Positions 44,650 to 54,656 of a DNA stretch of 64,000 nt are shown here, in pieces. The stretch covers positions 401 through 64,400 of the forward strand of contig JAWOBU010000269.1 of NCBI GenBank assembly GCA_046484135.1. Reading direction: 5' to 3'. Made by a program: the position numbers and the translations under genes. The notes beneath the pieces were generated by a model. It saw only the letters and a list, made by a program, of their open reading frames with translations, did not search any database and had not been told where the DNA came from. The stretch comes from a bacterium. GTDB taxonomy: Bacteria; RBG-13-61-14; DATKZS01. Position 1 is the stretch's first letter. Every line of letters begins with the position of its first letter.

Positions 44650-44994
44650 AACGGTCACCTCCTTTGCTTTTTGTGCTATAACTTACTCTTTTGACTCACT
44701 TTTTCACTTCAGCCTATAAATAAATTTAAACACAACTTTCATTCTGTCAAGGCCGAAAATAAACACCCCCCTAAAATTTTTCGGACTTGAACTTGCTTCG
44801 CCATCTACAGCAACGACCCGGCGATTGCGGCACCTGGATAGGGCCTGCAAAACGGATGCAAAACTTGACTGGAGAGACGGGAAGCGCGTACCATTGTTTT
44901 GTTTTCTTTTTCCATGGCTTCTGGTTTAGGTTTATGAGTTCATGCCCTGACATTAAATGACAGGAGGCCGGCTCGTTGGCGGAGGAAGGACCTT

Positions 44995-46638
44995 TTGACA
45001 GGGGGTATTAATAACCGGGGATGGTTATGGAACCGACAGCTTGCTCTGGCAGGGGCGGGGCTTGTGTTCCTGTCTTTTTTGTATCTTTCTACCGTTCGGG
45101 ACCAGCTTGGTGATTTTGGAGGAGATGCCTGCACCTATATCATGCTGGCCGAGAACATAGCGGAGGGCCGGGGCTATGAGGACCCCTCCATGCCGGGCCA
45201 CTTTACTCATACCAAGTATCCTTTCATGTTCCCTTTGCTTCTTTCGCCGGTGGTGGCCGCCTTTGGGCGGGACCTGCTTGCTGTGCGTATCGAGACTGCG
45301 CTTATGGGCGTGCTTTCGGTCATGGCGTGGGGGGCTTTTTTCTTCAGGTCCACTTCCCGGCAAAGGGCGCTGGCTCTTACGGTCCTGTTCGCTATTCATC
45401 CGTATACCTTCAGCTTTCTTACCAGGACCCTGTCCGAGACCCCCTTCCTTTTTTTCACCGGACTTTGTCTTTACCTTTTTCACCGTTACGAACAAGAGGA
45501 TGAGAGGAAAGCGCTTCTGTTCTGCATCGGCATTGCCGCGGCGGCCTACTTGACAAGGACGGCGGCGTTGCCGCTTTTGGGGGCCCTTGTCCTGGCCATG
45601 GTTGCCTCCGGCCGTTTGCGCCGACGCAGGATCATCGGGCGGGTGCCCGACTTTGCGCCGATGCTTGTGGCATTCGCGGCCGTGGTTCTGGCGTGGTCCG
45701 CTTTCGTGGCCCTCCATCCCAATCCGTCCTATAATTACTTCCAGGAGCTGTCGCAGGTCATCAGGTCCGGACAACAGCTCGGGTTCTCCCCCCTTCTGTC
45801 GAGAATAACAACCAACCTCAATTACTACTCGCTCGAGATACCGCGGCAGATGGTGCCAGTACTGCCTGCCGGCTCCACTGCTTTGCCGGCCCTGGCCATA
45901 CCGGTATGGGCGCTTATAGGCTGGGGCATGGTTTCCATGCTTCGGGAAAAACGACTTCTCGAACCAGCTTATTTTTTGGCCTACGCCGTCATGGTGGCAG
46001 TGTGGCCTCCTCACCTCGACTTCCGCTTCTTCTATCCCTTACTGCCGCTGTTCCTGTTCTTTATGCTCCAGGGCCTGCCGGTGGAAAAGGAAGCACGGAC
46101 ACGGCGCCGGGCCTTTCGCGTGGCTTTCGCTCTCCTGTGTCTTTTCCTTCTCGGCATTAACGCAACCAGGACCGTGCAGACCATCATCGCCCAGCATACG
46201 CCGGACCCGTACCCGCCCCGTCCCGCGGTCATGTTCGGACACCAGATCAATAAACCGGTCATTGACTGGTCACACACCGTTTTCGCTTACAACACCCCGC
46301 CCCACCTCTTCGCGCTGGGAGAGTTCATCGTTTTAAACCGCATCGCCAAAGACGCCCTGCCGGCCGATTCCGTCATCGCCGGCAACAAACCGAGAGTAAC
46401 CACTTTCTATACGGGAAAAAAAGCCGTCCAGATACCTCTCAATGCCGCTCCCGAGCAGGCTTTGGAGTTCCTGGCTTCCTGGAAAGTGGATTACATTATA
46501 GCGGACAGGTTCAGTGCCGAGACCAAAAACGTTGTCCTTCCCCTGTTGCGCAAAAACCCGGAGCTGTTCGAGAGGGAGATAGGTAAAAGCGGCAAGATCG
46601 CACCTGCCATTTATCGCTTCAGCCACGGTATGGATTGA
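44995..46638 (+). CDS. GT-C fold membrane glycosyltransferase-like protein (ArnT/PMT-like), paralogue of 484-2262
   Basis: 547 aa, polytopic; LAENIAEGRGYEDPSMPGHFTHTKYPFMFPLLLSP. TTG start preceded by GGAGGAAGG. Confidence 0.55.
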   Translation: MTGGINNRGWLWNRQLALAGAGLVFLSFLYLSTVRDQLGDFGGDACTYIMLAENIAEGRGYEDPSMPGHFTHTKYPFMFPLLLSPVVAAFGRDLLAVRIETALMGVLSVMAWGAFFFRSTSRQRALALTVLFAIHPYTFSFLTRTLSETPFLFFTGLCLYLFHRYEQEDERKALLFCIGIAAAAYLTRTAALPLLGALVLAMVASGRLRRRRIIGRVPDFAPMLVAFAAVVLAWSAFVALHPNPSYNYFQELSQVIRSGQQLGFSPLLSRITTNLNYYSLEIPRQMVPVLPAGSTALPALAIPVWALIGWGMVSMLREKRLLEPAYFLAYAVMVAVWPPHLDFRFFYPLLPLFLFFMLQGLPVEKEARTRRRAFRVAFALLCLFLLGINATRTVQTIIAQHTPDPYPPRPAVMFGHQINKPVIDWSHTVFAYNTPPHLFALGEFIVLNRIAKDALPADSVIAGNKPRVTTFYTGKKAVQIPLNAAPEQALEFLASWKVDYIIADRFSAETKNVVLPLLRKNPELFEREIGKSGKIAPAIYRFSHGMD

Positions 46639-46795
46639 TCTTCTCTGAGACCGGTAGTGAAGTTCCCCCATTTTTTATGACCGGTCAATCCCTCCATCAG
46701 CGTCTCCGGCAAGCAGGACGTTTCTCTTAAGTTTCCAATCGGCCACATACATCTCTTCCTTGTCAAATGAACTACACCAGTCGGCCACCATGATG

Positions 46796-47047
46796 GCCCA
46801 CACAACTTGTTGTGTGGGCAGACTCACGAAGTGGGTCTGCAGGTACATTGTAAAAGATGTTTGCCGTACCCCTCCGTCAGCAAACAATCCGGTCTTCTTC
46901 GTGTACTTTACCAACCGAAGCGGATTCTCTCATGATCTTTGATCCCCACACAACAAGTTGTGTGGGCCATCTTCGGGAGTTGTGTGGGCTGCCTTACGGG
47001 CGTTGTGCGGGTTGGCTTTCGGGGGTTGTGTGGGCCGGCTTGCGGAA
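46796..47047. repeat. Array of GTTGTGTGGGC motifs: two perfect palindromes plus four phased direct repeats
   Basis: Palindromes at 46796-46819 and 46945-46966. Direct motif copies start at 46957, 46979, 47002 and 47025 (22-23 bp phasing). Confidence 0.7.
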
Positions 47048-47253
47048 AGGAGTCATGGCCTACATCACAGTCCGCGGCTTATGCACGCCCCGGCAGCTTG
47101 TGTGTTTTCCCATTTTCACTTTGGCCCCGAGGCATCTGTGCGTTTTCAAAGAGGACGCGAGAGTAACACGAGAATTTTTGAGGAAAGTTCAAAGACCGGT
47201 ACGCTTGCAATTCCGAACCAACCCTCCACAATAGTCAGCAAGGAGGTTTAATA

Positions 47254-48036
47254 ATGGGAGAGTGGGAGTACGAAGTAAGCAGGATTATAATTGATCGCTA
47301 CAACCGCAAGCTCATGAACGCCTTGCGCTGCGACGTGCTTATCACCGGCGCCGGTCCCGCCGGCCTGGTGGCTGGTTATTACCTCGCCGGTAACGACGTG
47401 CGGGTCACTATAATAGAGAAGAAGCTGGCGCCCGGCGGCGGCATCTGGGGCGGGGGCATGGAAAGAAACGAAGTGGTGGTCCAGGAAGAGGCCCGGTTCA
47501 TCCTGGACGAGATCGGTATCGCGGTAGAGCCGGAGGGCGATGGCTTCTACGCCCTGGATGCGGGGACCCTGGCCTCCGGCCTCGCCTTCAAGGCCCTCCA
47601 GGAAGGCGCGACCCTGTTAAACCTGGTAACGGTGGAAGACGTGATGATAGAAGACAAACGGCTTACCGGCCTGGTGATAAACGCAACCGGTGTAATGCTG
47701 GCCCGGATGCACGTGGACCCCTTGACCCTGGCCGCGGACGCAGTCATGGACGGCACCGGCCACGACGCTGTGCTGGCATCCCTGGTCCAGTCCCACGGCT
47801 ACAAGCTCGACACCGAAACAGGGAGCATGAAAGGACAGGGTCCCATGGAGGCCCAATCTGCCGAGAACTTCGTGGTGGACAACACCCGGCAGGTGTTCCC
47901 CGGCCTTTTCCTGGCGGGTATGTCTGTAGCAGCAGTGCATGGCGGACCCCGCATGGGACCTATCTTCGGCGGCATGATCCTGTCCGGCAAAAAAGCCGCG
48001 GACATGATCCTGGAAGAGCTGCGGCCAAAAGGGTAG
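47254..48036 (+). CDS. thi4: Thi4-family thiazole synthase (non-Cys, TGHD type, presumably sulfide-dependent)
   Basis: DVLITGAGPAGL, IEKKLAPGGG.WGGGM, VMDGTGHDA; GGAGG RBS. Confidence 0.8.
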   Translation: MGEWEYEVSRIIIDRYNRKLMNALRCDVLITGAGPAGLVAGYYLAGNDVRVTIIEKKLAPGGGIWGGGMERNEVVVQEEARFILDEIGIAVEPEGDGFYALDAGTLASGLAFKALQEGATLLNLVTVEDVMIEDKRLTGLVINATGVMLARMHVDPLTLAADAVMDGTGHDAVLASLVQSHGYKLDTETGSMKGQGPMEAQSAENFVVDNTRQVFPGLFLAGMSVAAVHGGPRMGPIFGGMILSGKKAADMILEELRPKG

Positions 48037-48243
48037 TAGCGGCTCACATTAAAGCTTACGAGTTGGATCCGAGCGACTTTAGTCGCGAATGGAGATGTTC
48101 GGCCGGTAACCGGGATTTTCCCTTCGAGACCTTGGATACACTTGACATAATGCTCGTGCCCGGCTTAATCTACGGGACAGCTTTGTTGAGAGTGCTTGCT
48201 TGTAAACACTGTCAATTATCACGCCTTTTGGAAGGAGGATTTC

Positions 48244-49086
48244 ATGGCTATTAATCTTGACCTGGTGGGCCAGGAATTGAAGGAGGTCGAGCACCCTTAC
48301 ACCTGGAAGGACGTGGTTCTTTATCACCTGGGCATCGGGGCCCGGGCTACCGAGCTCCAGTACGTTTACGAGAACGTGAAGGGCGGGCTCAAGGTGATCC
48401 CCACCTTTTCGGTGATACCGTCGCTGGCGGCCATGGCAACCCAGGTGATTGGAAGCCTGGGCGCAAACCCCATGATGCTTTTGCACGGCGAGCAGGGCAT
48501 CTTCATGAACAAGCCCATCCCGCAGAAGGGGACCTTCAAGACCACTCCCGAGGTAAAGGGCATCTATGACAAGGGCAAGGGCGCGCTGGTGGCGATTGAA
48601 ACGCGGACCACCGACGAGAGCGGGGAGGAGCTTTTTAGAAATTACATAAGCCTGTTCTGCCGGGGCGAGGGCAACTTCGGGGGCGAGCGGGGACCGGAGC
48701 AGCCCTCTTACGATCCCCCGGAAGGCAAGGCCCCGGACTTCGAGGACTCCTATAAAACCTCGGAGGACCAGGCCGCGCTCTATCGCCTGTCCGGCGACTT
48801 AAACCCGCTTCATATAGACCCCAACTTCGCCAAGGTGGGCGGGTTCGACCGGCCCATCCTTCACGGCCTCTGCACCTTCGGGATCGTGTGCAAGCTGTTG
48901 GTGAAGGGCCTTTGCGAGGACGAGCCTTCCCGGGTGAAGGAGTACAAGGCCCGGTTCTCGAAACCGGTCATGCCGGGCGACACCATCACCGCCAAGGCCT
49001 GGAAGCTGGAGGACGGAACTTACGCGGTCCAGGCCTTTACCCAAGAGAACCAGGTCATGAACCAGGCCTATATCAAGGTCGAGTGA
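48244..49086 (+). CDS. MaoC-like (R)-specific enoyl-CoA hydratase, double hot-dog
   Basis: Hydratase-2 motif YRLSGDLNPLHIDPNFA. ATG at 48244 with GGAAGGAGG upstream. Confidence 0.75.
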   Translation: MAINLDLVGQELKEVEHPYTWKDVVLYHLGIGARATELQYVYENVKGGLKVIPTFSVIPSLAAMATQVIGSLGANPMMLLHGEQGIFMNKPIPQKGTFKTTPEVKGIYDKGKGALVAIETRTTDESGEELFRNYISLFCRGEGNFGGERGPEQPSYDPPEGKAPDFEDSYKTSEDQAALYRLSGDLNPLHIDPNFAKVGGFDRPILHGLCTFGIVCKLLVKGLCEDEPSRVKEYKARFSKPVMPGDTITAKAWKLEDGTYAVQAFTQENQVMNQAYIKVE

Positions 49087-49126
49087 TAAGCGGCCCGCCT
49101 CCAAAATAAAGAGGGCAAGTAAAACC

Positions 49127-49939
49127 ATGACGGAGAGCTATCAGGTCATAACCCTGGAAAAAAGGGACGGCGTGGCCGAGGTGTTCTTAAACCGGCCGGA
49201 GAAGTCCAATGCCATGGGTCCGGACCTGTGGCCGGAGCTCCGGGACGTGTTCGGAAAGATAGATGCTGATGACGATGTCCGGGCCGTGGTGGTCGGAGGC
49301 GCAGGCAAGAACTTCTGCGCCGGTCTGGACCTGGCGGCCTCCGCCCAGGAGTTCGGCGGGACCATGGGCTCGGGCGAGATGAGCTCGATTTTTCATCACA
49401 TCCTTGGTCTCCAGGAGTCATTGAACGCGATCGAGGAATGCAGGAAGCCGGTTATCGCGGCCGTGCACCGGGCCTGCATCGGAGGCGGTCTGGACCTGAT
49501 TGCAGCGTGCGACGTGCGGCTGTGCACTGAGGACGCCCGGTTCTCGCTCCGGGAAGCCCGGGTCGCCATGATCGCGGACCTGGGCAGCTTGAACCGCCTT
49601 CCCGCCATCATCGGCCAGGGGCACACCCGGGAGCTGGCCTTTACCGGCAAGGACATTGACGCACAGCGGGCGCTTCGCATAAACCTGGTAAACGACATCT
49701 ACCCCGACCGGGAGAAATGTCTCGATGCGGCGCGGGAGCTGGCGCGCGAGATGGCTGCGGCCGCTCCGCTCGCGGTGCAGGGCGCCAAGGAGGTCATGAA
49801 CTACAGCCGCGACAAGTCCGTCCGGGACGGCCTCCACTACGCCGCGGCCCGGAGCTGCCTGATCCTGAAATCCAACGACCTTGCGGAGGCCATGAGCGCC
49901 TTCATGAAAAAGAAAGAGCCGGAGTTCAAGGGAAAGTAA
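49127..49939 (+). CDS. Enoyl-CoA hydratase/isomerase (crotonase) family protein
   Basis: VFLNRPEKSNAM, GAGKNFCAGLDL, AAVHRACIGGGLDL patterns. Confidence 0.8.
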   Translation: MTESYQVITLEKRDGVAEVFLNRPEKSNAMGPDLWPELRDVFGKIDADDDVRAVVVGGAGKNFCAGLDLAASAQEFGGTMGSGEMSSIFHHILGLQESLNAIEECRKPVIAAVHRACIGGGLDLIAACDVRLCTEDARFSLREARVAMIADLGSLNRLPAIIGQGHTRELAFTGKDIDAQRALRINLVNDIYPDREKCLDAARELAREMAAAAPLAVQGAKEVMNYSRDKSVRDGLHYAAARSCLILKSNDLAEAMSAFMKKKEPEFKGK

Positions 49940-49951
49940 AAAGTCAAAATC

Positions 49952-51061
49952 TCAGTTGTCTTCTCTTTCGGAGGGAGGATCGGGAAAAGGCAGGAGCATC
50001 TGCCGCCATCTTCGCGGATAGTCCTCCCAAGGCGCCAGCCCGGATATGCTCACCCCCAAAAGCCGGACCGGTTTTTCACCTACCTTTGTCTTATCAAGAA
50101 GCTTTTTAACATTCTTCATGATCTCGACCGCGGTTGCCGGCGGGTCCTCCAGGGTCAGGCTCCGGGTTATGAGTGTAAAGTCCGCGTACCTTACCTTGAG
50201 GGTTACGGTACGCCCTTTGAGCCCCTTTTGTTCGAGCCTGTCATAAACCTTGCCGGCCAGCTCTTCCAGCATCCGGAGCGCTTCTTCCCGGTCGCTTATG
50301 TCCCGCTCGAAGGTCTTTTCTTTGCCCACCGACTTGCGGTCGCGGGACGGGTTTACCTGCCGGTCATCCTCTCCGTGGGCTATGGCGTGGTAGTACTCGC
50401 CCGCCTTTCCGAAAAGCCCGGTCAGCTCTTCGCGAGATAGTCGCTTCAGGTCGGCGCCGGTTTTAATCCCGATCTCTTTCATCTTCTGTTCGGTCACCTT
50501 GCCCACTCCGTGGAACTTGCCTACCGGCAGGCGATCAATGAACTCGGGCGCCTTTTCGGGAGTGATCACGGTAAGCCCGTCCGGCTTTTGCCAGGCGGAT
50601 GCGACCTTGGCCAGGAACTTGTTGAAGGACACCCCTGCTGACGCGGTCAAGCCGGTCTTTTGTTTTATCTTGTCCTTGATCTGTTTTGCTGCTTCGGTTG
50701 CGGAGGGGATGTTTTTCTTGTTCTCGGTTACGTCCAGGTATGCTTCATCCAGTGAGAGCGGCTCGACCAGGTCGGTGTACTCGTGAAAAATCTCGTGGAC
50801 TTCTCGGGAGACGCTCTCGTAGACCCGGAAGCGGGGCCTTATAAACACGGCATGCGGACAAAGCCGATAGGCCCTGCTTGCGGGCATGGCCGAGTGGATG
50901 CCGTACTTGCGGGCTTCGTAAGAGCAGGCCGCCACCACTCCCCTGCCTTCCGGGTCGCCCCCCACGATCACCGGCTTGCCTTGATGGTCCGGATTATCAC
51001 GTTGCTCCACTGACGCATAAAAAGCGTCCATGTCCACGTGGATGATTTTGCGGGTTGTCAT
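49952..51061 (-). CDS. dinB: DNA polymerase IV (Y-family)
   Basis: IIHVDMDAFYASVEQRDNP...KPVIVGG, SLDEAYLDVT and the HhH region are typical of DinB. Confidence 0.85.
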   Translation of the reverse strand: MTTRKIIHVDMDAFYASVEQRDNPDHQGKPVIVGGDPEGRGVVAACSYEARKYGIHSAMPASRAYRLCPHAVFIRPRFRVYESVSREVHEIFHEYTDLVEPLSLDEAYLDVTENKKNIPSATEAAKQIKDKIKQKTGLTASAGVSFNKFLAKVASAWQKPDGLTVITPEKAPEFIDRLPVGKFHGVGKVTEQKMKEIGIKTGADLKRLSREELTGLFGKAGEYYHAIAHGEDDRQVNPSRDRKSVGKEKTFERDISDREEALRMLEELAGKVYDRLEQKGLKGRTVTLKVRYADFTLITRSLTLEDPPATAVEIMKNVKKLLDKTKVGEKPVRLLGVSISGLAPWEDYPRRWRQMLLPFPDPPSEREDN

Positions 51062-51126
51062 GTAATAACGGGCTTTGTTTCACTCCATCGCCATGAAGGT
51101 CTTGACAAGCTCGGTCGCGGTTTCGG

Positions 51127-52725
51127 CTACGGGCTCGAGCTCGGAGACCTCGACCTTGTCCAGGGTGTCGTGCTCGTCGAGGAGGTAGTAAGGACAGCCT
51201 CCAGGGTGTCGTGCTCGTCGAGGAGGTAGTAAGGACAGCCGATCCAGGAGATCACGGGCACTCCGGCTTCCAGCACGTAGCCGGAGGCGTCCGAGGTTGG
51301 CGCGGGCCCGAAGAAATCGGCGGGTATGGACGCGGTGGCTGCCGCGGGTTTCCGCTCCAGGCTCTTCATGACCGCGGCCACCACGTCTTCCTGCGGTGAG
51401 GTGAACATCACGGTGAGCGCGAGGTTCCCGGTTTCCTTGTACCCTCTCCCGCTCTCTTCCACTTCCTTGGCCGCCAGGTGTTCGAGGGTGATAAGGATTC
51501 GGGTCCGGTCCATGATGTCGGGATGATTGCGGGCGAAAAAGTGGCCTCCCTTGGAGTCGTAGAAATGACCGCCGTCCACCACAAAGACCATGGTCTTTTG
51601 CCTTTGTTCCTTCGGCACGCGCGACCATGCCCATGCCTGGGCCAGCACCTGGGCCACTCCGGCGCCGTCTTCCACCGCCCCTTTAAAGGGCGCGTCGTGA
51701 TGCGAGGTTACCAGTATGACTTCGTCTGACTGGCCGGGAAGCACTCCCCATACGTTGTGCATGACCCCCGGCTGTTTGATGCCGGTAAGGTTCAACGTGG
51801 CTTGTTCTCCGGCGATGGCCATCTCGCGGAGCTTTTCTCCTTCGTACTTTCCTATCCACAGGCCGGGCATGGGCTTCATGATGCCGTCGTAAGGGCCGTA
51901 ATGTGAATTGGTGCCGCCGGGCTGGTCCTTGAGTATAAGGCAGATGCCCGCGGCGCCGTTTTTTACGGAGTTCCAGTACACGTCGTTTGGCGGCGCCGTG
52001 CCTACTGTGGTGCCTCCCAGGAAGTTGGGCCGGACGAAGTTCAGGTACTGGCCGGAGCCGAGATTGATGGACCCGTGCGGATCGGACACGGTATAGGCCG
52101 CGTTCAGATATTTCAAAAGCAGGCCGCTGGGAAGGTATGGAAACGGCAGGTCAGCGACCACTATCTTGCCCTTGACGCCTTTTTCCTCGAAGTCCGCGGG
52201 AGTGCCCTCGCCCACGTACACCAGGGGAGCGGTTACTCCTTCCGGACCGGTAAAGCCGGTGTTTACCACGAAGAAGCTCGGTATGGTCTGTCCTCCTGCT
52301 TTAAGGGACCAGTTCTTTGCGTCCCATACGGTTACGGGCACGGGATCCATGGTGATGTTCTGGAGTCCGATTTCCTGGAACCGGTCGCGGACCCACTTTT
52401 CCGCGGCGTGGTCTTCTTCGGTCCCGGGCCGGCGGTGGGGCCACTGGCAGATGCCTTTGATCCAGGAGAAGATGGTCTCCGAATCCGGCACCCGGACCTC
52501 GCCCTGGTAGTCGGGCAGGTCGCGGGCTTTCATCTTTGCCTTCATGGTAAGGGACCAGACCGAAGGAAGTCTTTTCAATATCTTTACAAGGGTCTGGTTT
52601 TCACTAACCGGCGACTCGTCTCCCCACATCTCGGTGGTTCCCGACCCCATGAAAAAAGGAGCCGCGGCAATCAACAACGCCAGCATATAGATCGCTTTCT
52701 TCTTTGTCGTGCTCATGCGCTTCAT
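51127..52725 (-). CDS. Secreted M28-family peptidase with a PA domain; 3' end frameshifted by a 41-bp tandem duplication
   Basis: Signal peptide after the ATG at 52725; SHHDAPFKGAVEDGAGVA metal-ligand motif. The last 24 codons are out of frame relative to the ancestral end, which is still readable to 51080. Confidence 0.7.
   Translation of the reverse strand: MKRMSTTKKKAIYMLALLIAAAPFFMGSGTTEMWGDESPVSENQTLVKILKRLPSVWSLTMKAKMKARDLPDYQGEVRVPDSETIFSWIKGICQWPHRRPGTEEDHAAEKWVRDRFQEIGLQNITMDPVPVTVWDAKNWSLKAGGQTIPSFFVVNTGFTGPEGVTAPLVYVGEGTPADFEEKGVKGKIVVADLPFPYLPSGLLLKYLNAAYTVSDPHGSINLGSGQYLNFVRPNFLGGTTVGTAPPNDVYWNSVKNGAAGICLILKDQPGGTNSHYGPYDGIMKPMPGLWIGKYEGEKLREMAIAGEQATLNLTGIKQPGVMHNVWGVLPGQSDEVILVTSHHDAPFKGAVEDGAGVAQVLAQAWAWSRVPKEQRQKTMVFVVDGGHFYDSKGGHFFARNHPDIMDRTRILITLEHLAAKEVEESGRGYKETGNLALTVMFTSPQEDVVAAVMKSLERKPAAATASIPADFFGPAPTSDASGYVLEAGVPVISWIGCPYYLLDEHDTLEAVLTTSSTSTTPWTRSRSPSSSP
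51159..51240. repeat. Perfect 41-bp tandem duplication (2 copies)
   Basis: TCCAGGGTGTCGTGCTCGTCGAGGAGGTAGTAAGGACAGCC occurs at 51159-51199 and again at 51200-51240. Confidence 0.9.
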
Positions 52726-52750
52726 AGGTTTCACCTTCCTTGAATGAGTG

Positions 52751-54433
52751 TTATAAAAGCCCGAAGATGTCTCGCCAGGTTACGCCGCAACCGACGCCCC
52801 GCTTCTGCATGTCCTTTTTGACCCTTTTAAGACGCGACTGGAAGTGCTCCCAATCCTTGAGCTCAGGCGGGGTCCACATGACCTCGGCGTGGCCGATCAC
52901 GCGGGGAAAGGCCTTCCGGTCAATGTTGTCCACTGTAACCCGCTCGCCCCACAGGTTGACCTCGCCGCCCAGGATGTAATGGCGGAGCTCCCGGTCGAGC
53001 CCTTCCGGTATCGGCTCGAAGTGATAGAGGTTCTTCAGGGTAAAGGTAAGCTGGGGGTAATCAATATAGCAGTGGGAGGTGGGCGAGACCACCGAGTAGT
53101 GTCCTTTCTCCGCGGCGACGCGGGCGTACTTGTGCTTTCGCCAGGCCTGGACCACCGCGCCTTCAGGAATATAGTGGGTTACCTCGTCCCAGGCGATCAT
53201 GGTCTTGCCGTGCTTTTCGAGAATCTCGTTTACCCGCTCGACAAAGTACCTCTGGAGCCCTTCCCTCCCCTTATACCCGGTTTTTTCCAGGATGTCCTGA
53301 TTGGGAGGATACTCCATCCAGTCGGATGCCACGACCTCGTCGGAGCCGATGTGCAGGTAGGGCGCCGGGAATACGGTCTCGAGCTCGCCGAACAGGGTGT
53401 CCAGGAACTCGTACACCGACTCCTTACCCGGGCAGACCGCGGTGGGGTAGATGCCGGGGCCTTTTCGGAGGGGGACCTCTTTGCCGGAGCAGGAAAGCTC
53501 GGGGTAGGCCGCCAGCATGGCAGAGGTGTGGCCGGGCACGTCTATCTCGGGCACGATCATGACCTGCCGGGCCTCGGCGTACTCGACTATCTCCTTTAAC
53601 TCTTCCTGCGTATAGTAGCCGCGGTTGTCCGAGCCCCAGCCGTGCCGGTCCAAAGCACGCTTCTTTTTGTCTTCAAGGTTCGAAAGCACTCCGCCCCCTT
53701 CATGGAGCCGGGGCAGGGATTTCACCTCTATCCGCCATCCCTGATCATCCACCAGGTGCCAGTGGAGCACGTTCAGCTTGAGCTCGGAAAGGAGGTCAAT
53801 GTACTTTTTGATGATGTCGGGCGGCAGGAAGCTGCGGGCGGAGTCGAGGAGCATCCCCCTCCACTGGAAGCGCGGATGGTCGAGTACGTGGACCGCGGGC
53901 AGCTCCGGACCGCGCTCGTTTTCCCGGACAAGCTGAAGCAGGGTCATGAGACCGTTGTGCATCCCGGCCGGGCTCATGGCGGTGAGCTTGACGGTATGGG
54001 GTCCTGCTTTTATTTCGTAGCCTTCTGCTTCCGGGAAGTTTATATGCTTCTTTTCCTGCTCCTGGCACCAGCCGGGGGGGCCGGAGATGATGGAGCTCTG
54101 GCAGGGCATACATCCGGTCGAGACCGGTACCTCGTCTTTTCCGCACCTGCTTTCTGCTTCTGAAGCCGCAACCGGGCTGTAGGCCTCGAGCTTCACCCCG
54201 TGGCGTTTCTCTATTTTTTCCATGAACACCAGCGCCGGCCGCTTCCAATCTTCCTTGCCAGGAAACACAAAGGCGGCGCCGTCCCGGAGGGGAAAATCTC
54301 CGGACTTCTCTGTAAGCTGTACCGGCCTTGGTATGACAGGCATGGGCTTCTCCTTATTAATCCACCCCGGCGCTGACACCACCGGCGTGCAAAGCGTCAG
54401 GAACAATAGAGCGGCAATGATTTTTCTTTTCAT
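52751..54433 (-). CDS. Beta-N-acetylhexosaminidase (GH20), secreted
   Basis: Signal peptide after the ATG at 54433 (GGAGG RBS); RGMLLDSARSF and HWHLVDDQGWRIE catalytic-region motifs. The upstream part of the track ORF is non-coding. Confidence 0.8.
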   Translation of the reverse strand: MKRKIIAALLFLTLCTPVVSAPGWINKEKPMPVIPRPVQLTEKSGDFPLRDGAAFVFPGKEDWKRPALVFMEKIEKRHGVKLEAYSPVAASEAESRCGKDEVPVSTGCMPCQSSIISGPPGWCQEQEKKHINFPEAEGYEIKAGPHTVKLTAMSPAGMHNGLMTLLQLVRENERGPELPAVHVLDHPRFQWRGMLLDSARSFLPPDIIKKYIDLLSELKLNVLHWHLVDDQGWRIEVKSLPRLHEGGGVLSNLEDKKKRALDRHGWGSDNRGYYTQEELKEIVEYAEARQVMIVPEIDVPGHTSAMLAAYPELSCSGKEVPLRKGPGIYPTAVCPGKESVYEFLDTLFGELETVFPAPYLHIGSDEVVASDWMEYPPNQDILEKTGYKGREGLQRYFVERVNEILEKHGKTMIAWDEVTHYIPEGAVVQAWRKHKYARVAAEKGHYSVVSPTSHCYIDYPQLTFTLKNLYHFEPIPEGLDRELRHYILGGEVNLWGERVTVDNIDRKAFPRVIGHAEVMWTPPELKDWEHFQSRLKRVKKDMQKRGVGCGVTWRDIFGLL

Positions 54434-54656
54434 GGTAATGAACCTCCGGGGCCGGTATATATCATAACTTGGCAAAGAGTTGAAGTTCGGGAGGATGCCC
54501 CGCTTTTCGGGGACCATCAGGGGTAGAACCGGTTCCGGAAATCGCCGTCCCTTATGGCCCGGATGACGCGGTCCTGGTCCCGGCCGGCATTTCCAGGGCG
54601 TCGTATGGGGGTATGTACGTGGAAGGCGCACTTCATGCGGGAACAGACGTGTTGCT

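Noticed and set aside
46675-46914. 79-aa ORF between the glycosyltransferase-like gene and the repeat array; possible gene remnant
   Set aside because: It has a TTG start, no RBS and no recognisable motif, and it reads straight through the 24-bp palindrome. An adjacent short frame (MRESASVGKVHEEDRIVC) suggests at most a decayed fragment that I cannot identify.
46796-47047. Possible CRISPR array (repeated GTTGTGTGGGC units)
   Set aside because: The units are only 22-23 bp in total with no unique spacers between them. There are just four phased copies, and no cas genes are in the window.
47050-47253. Expected TPP riboswitch upstream of thi4
   Set aside because: I could not find the conserved CUGAGA / ACCUGAUCUGGAUAAUGCCAGCG-type elements or a compatible fold. 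The leader appears to lack one.
51080-51634. 184-aa ORF overlapping the M28 peptidase gene
   Set aside because: It is out of frame with the peptidase for most of its length (Arg/Gly-rich). Only its last ~30 codons are meaningful, being the ancestral peptidase C-terminus displaced by the 41-bp duplication.
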